Below are positions 61,146 through 64,000 of a stretch of 64,000 nt of DNA, one piece after another. The DNA comes from Octopus bimaculoides (Eukaryota). The notes beneath the pieces are model-generated. The model made no database searches. It saw only the letters and a list, made by a program, of their open reading frames with translations, and had not been told where the DNA came from. A program made the position numbers and the translations under genes. The stretch is from the NCBI RefSeq assembly GCF_001194135.2, contig NC_068990.1, forward strand, positions 94,385,856 through 94,449,855. The letters are read 5' to 3'. Every line of letters starts with the position of its first letter. The first letter of the stretch is position 1.

Positions 61146-64000
61146 CCACAACTATGATCTCAATTGGTTCAACAGGTCATCAAAAATTTAGCATATTGCC
61201 CGATTGAAGGGGTACTTTTAAAGGGGTCAGTTATGTGATACTGGCATCGGCCACAGCTACAATCTCCCCTGGCTTGCCGGGTCTTCTCANNNNNNNNNNN
61301 NNNNNNNNNNNNNNNNNNNNNNNNNNNNNNNNNNNNNNNNNNNNNNNNNNNNNNNNNNNNNNNNNNNNNNNNNNNNNNNNNNNNNNNNNNNNNNNNNNNN
61401 NNNNNNNNNNNNNNNNNNNNNNNNNNNNNNNNNNNNNNNNNNNNNNNNNNNNNNNNNNNNNNNNNNNNNNNNNNNNNNNNNNNNNNNNNNNNNNNNNNNN
61501 NNNNNNNNNNNNNNNNNNNNNNNNNNNNNNNNNNNNNNNNNNNNNNNNNNNNNNNNNNNNNNNNNNNNNNNNNNNNNNNNNNNNNNNNNNNNNNNNNNNN
61601 NNNNNNNNNNNNNNNNNNNNNNNNNNNNNNNNNNNNNNNNNNNNNNNNNNNNNNNNNNNNNNNNNNNNNNNNNNNNNNNNNNNNNNNNNNNNNNNNNNNN
61701 NNNNNNNNNNNNNNNNNNNNNNNNNNNNNNNNNNNNNNNNNNNNNNNNNNNNNNNNNNNNNNNNNNNNNNNNNNNNNNNNNNNNNNNNNNNNNNNNNNNN
61801 NNNNNNNNNNNNNNNNNNNNNNNNNNNNNNNNNNNNNNNNNNNNNNNNNNNNNNNNNNNNNNNNNNNNNNNNNNNNNNNNNNNNNNNNNNNNNNNNNNNN
61901 NNNNNNNNNNNNNNNNNNNNNNCATGTTTTCATCCAAGATGGAGATGAACATCAACATCCCATGCAACAGATGTGCCTCTTTTAACAACCAATGGTAACC
62001 TGGTTAACCCACAAATAAACAATATTTATCCACCAATGTGATGCTGAGCACTCATTCCCACTGTTAGATATTAACATATATATATATACATTTACATGTA
62101 ATGGAAATGTTTGTAGAGAGCATTTAGAAGTACCATAAATAGTTGGAAAAAAAAATGCTGTATTCAAAGCAAGAAAGCAAAACAAACAAATAATAATAAA
62201 AGAAAGAATAAAACTATTTATGGTACTTTTAAAATCTCCATGCAATTATTTCTTTTCCAAATTAGTTGCTGGACTGAGAGTAGGGGTCAACTTGATAGGC
62301 AGCGATAATGTAAAAAAACTGTTGCCATCACAACATTTGAGAAAGAGAGGTGAAAACATTGTAACAACATGAGAGAGAGAGAGAGAGAGAGAGAGATGCT
62401 ACAACTATATACCAAGAGTGTTGAAGACCAAGCAAAAGTCGATTTCCCATATCAGTTGCAGACAAGACTTCAGCCAAGGAAGACATGTTTCTACTTTTGA
62501 AATGAGACTCGTTTAGTTTAGGTATTCTTACATCATGAAAGTGCTTTAAAAATATGCAATTATTGAACAACATTAGAAGACCTGATTAAGATGGCGAACT
62601 GGCAGAATTATTNNNNNNNNNNNNNNNNNNNNNNNNNNNNNNNNNNNNNNNNNNNNNNNNNNNNNNNNNNNNNNNNNNNNNNNNNNNNNNNNNNNNNNNN
62701 NNNNNNNNNNNNAAATTCTGCCAAGGTTGACTTTACCTTTCATCCTTTCGGGGTCAATAAATTAAGTAGCAGTTGAGTACTGGGGTTGATGTAATTCACT
62801 TAACCCCCTCCTGCCAAATTTCAAGGCCTTGTGCTTATTCATAGAATGGATCGTAACACCTGATTCTTGTTGTTTTCTTTTATCTACGGTCACAGGACAA
62901 ACAACAAGCTTGCTTTGCAACCAAAGGGTTTTGGTTTCAGTCCCACTGTGCAACACCTTGGATAAGGTGTCTTCTACAATGGCCCTAGGCTGATGAATGC
63001 CTTGCAAATGTATTTGGAAGATGGAAACTGAGTGGAAGCTCTTATGTGTATCCATACAGGTATTGGTTTGTTTATCTCCTGGTAACTTAGCAGGTTGGCA
63101 AAAGAGACTAACAGAGATGCTGATAGACAAAGTACTAGACATCAGAGATAATAAGTCCTGAAGTTGATTTGTTCAACTAAAATCTGTGAAGGCAGTGCTC
63201 CAGCATGGCTGCAGTCTGAAACAGTAGACAACAGATATGTTGTTGTTTAGCTACAGGTCAATTTTAATAAAACAATCTGTGAACAAAGACCTTGTCGCCA
63301 TGACAATTCCCTCATTGTTTTACATGCAAGACAGCTGAGGGCCACATTATTCAATATGCTCTTTTCTAAGATGTTGGCATGTAAATTAAGAGATTCGACA
63401 TTTTTAGAATGTCAAGTGATCATGCAGAAGCCCCTACATTAGCTATTATTAAAACTATGTACAGGTGACACAAGGGGGCTGAAGTAACCCTGTACTGTTG
63501 CTAAACTTAAATAACTGACAGTAACTATGTGTAGCTCAATTATAAAGATATAAAAGCTAGAAAACTAAAGGTTTCCCTGTCTGTCCCTCGTCCATCCACT
63601 AATGGCCTTCTCTTCAATCACATTTATTTCATGTTTACATCTTCACTTTCTTTATTGCATATTTGTTTATTTGTTTACTTTCTGTCATGTTTGGTCCCTT
63701 GTTTGTTTGTTCGCCATTTCCCTAAAAAACGGATGTTAAATGATGACGACAATGATATATATACGTGTGATTATATATATATATATATATTATGCTTTTA
63801 TGCCTGCTTTCCATACTGGCATGAGTTGGAAGTTTCAACAAGGAGGTCCAGCGGGTTGGCGAACCATGTTGTGTTGCATGAATGTTTCAGTTTTAGTGTA
63901 GTTCTTATAGTCTATAAGTGAATACCTTTCTTAACACCCACACATGATTGCTTAGATAACTACAAGGACCATGGAAAACATTCATTTTGACAATTGTATT

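Larger units (their letters stand above)
58953..62712. other. Assembly gaps (58953-59555, 60739-60748, 61290-61922, 62613-62712; also 41348-41382)
   Basis: Runs of N. Confidence 1.

Noticed and set aside
58799-61988. ORFs of 230-257 aa
   Set aside because: They span runs of N.
62089-62157. Minus-strand candidate exon after a strong pyrimidine tract (AFFFPTIYGTSKCSLQTFPLH)
   Set aside because: Weak donor, no recognisable PH-domain similarity, and phase cannot be linked to known exons.

Overview
AT-rich, intron- and repeat-rich animal genomic DNA. The SINE, RTE and Penelope repeats and the microsatellite load resemble Octopus (coleoid cephalopod); this is an inference, and there are five N gaps. 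Three genes are supported. (1) The last two coding exons of RNA polymerase I subunit RPA2 (POLR1B, + strand, stop at 2366). (2) A convergent uncharacterised gene on the - strand with two coding exons (206 aa) and two RFX X-box-like sites upstream. (3) A - strand OCRL/INPP5B-family inositol polyphosphate 5-phosphatase, rebuilt as 20 in-frame exons (53811 to 21574, 2306 nt). It has intact 5-phosphatase, ASH and RhoGAP-like domains; the N-terminal PH exons were not found. The strongest observation is two minor-spliceosome (U12-type) introns in this OCRL gene, one AT-AC (30178-32081) and one with rare AT-AG termini (25053-26211); both are required to keep the frame. Other highlights: a 4.9 kb CpG-rich (GAAC/GTAC)n satellite with an internal inversion, seemingly inserted into a SINE-derived minisatellite; a perfect 79-bp-arm palindrome; a pre-miRNA-sized intronic hairpin; and remnants of RTE, R4/Dong, Penelope-like and mariner elements.
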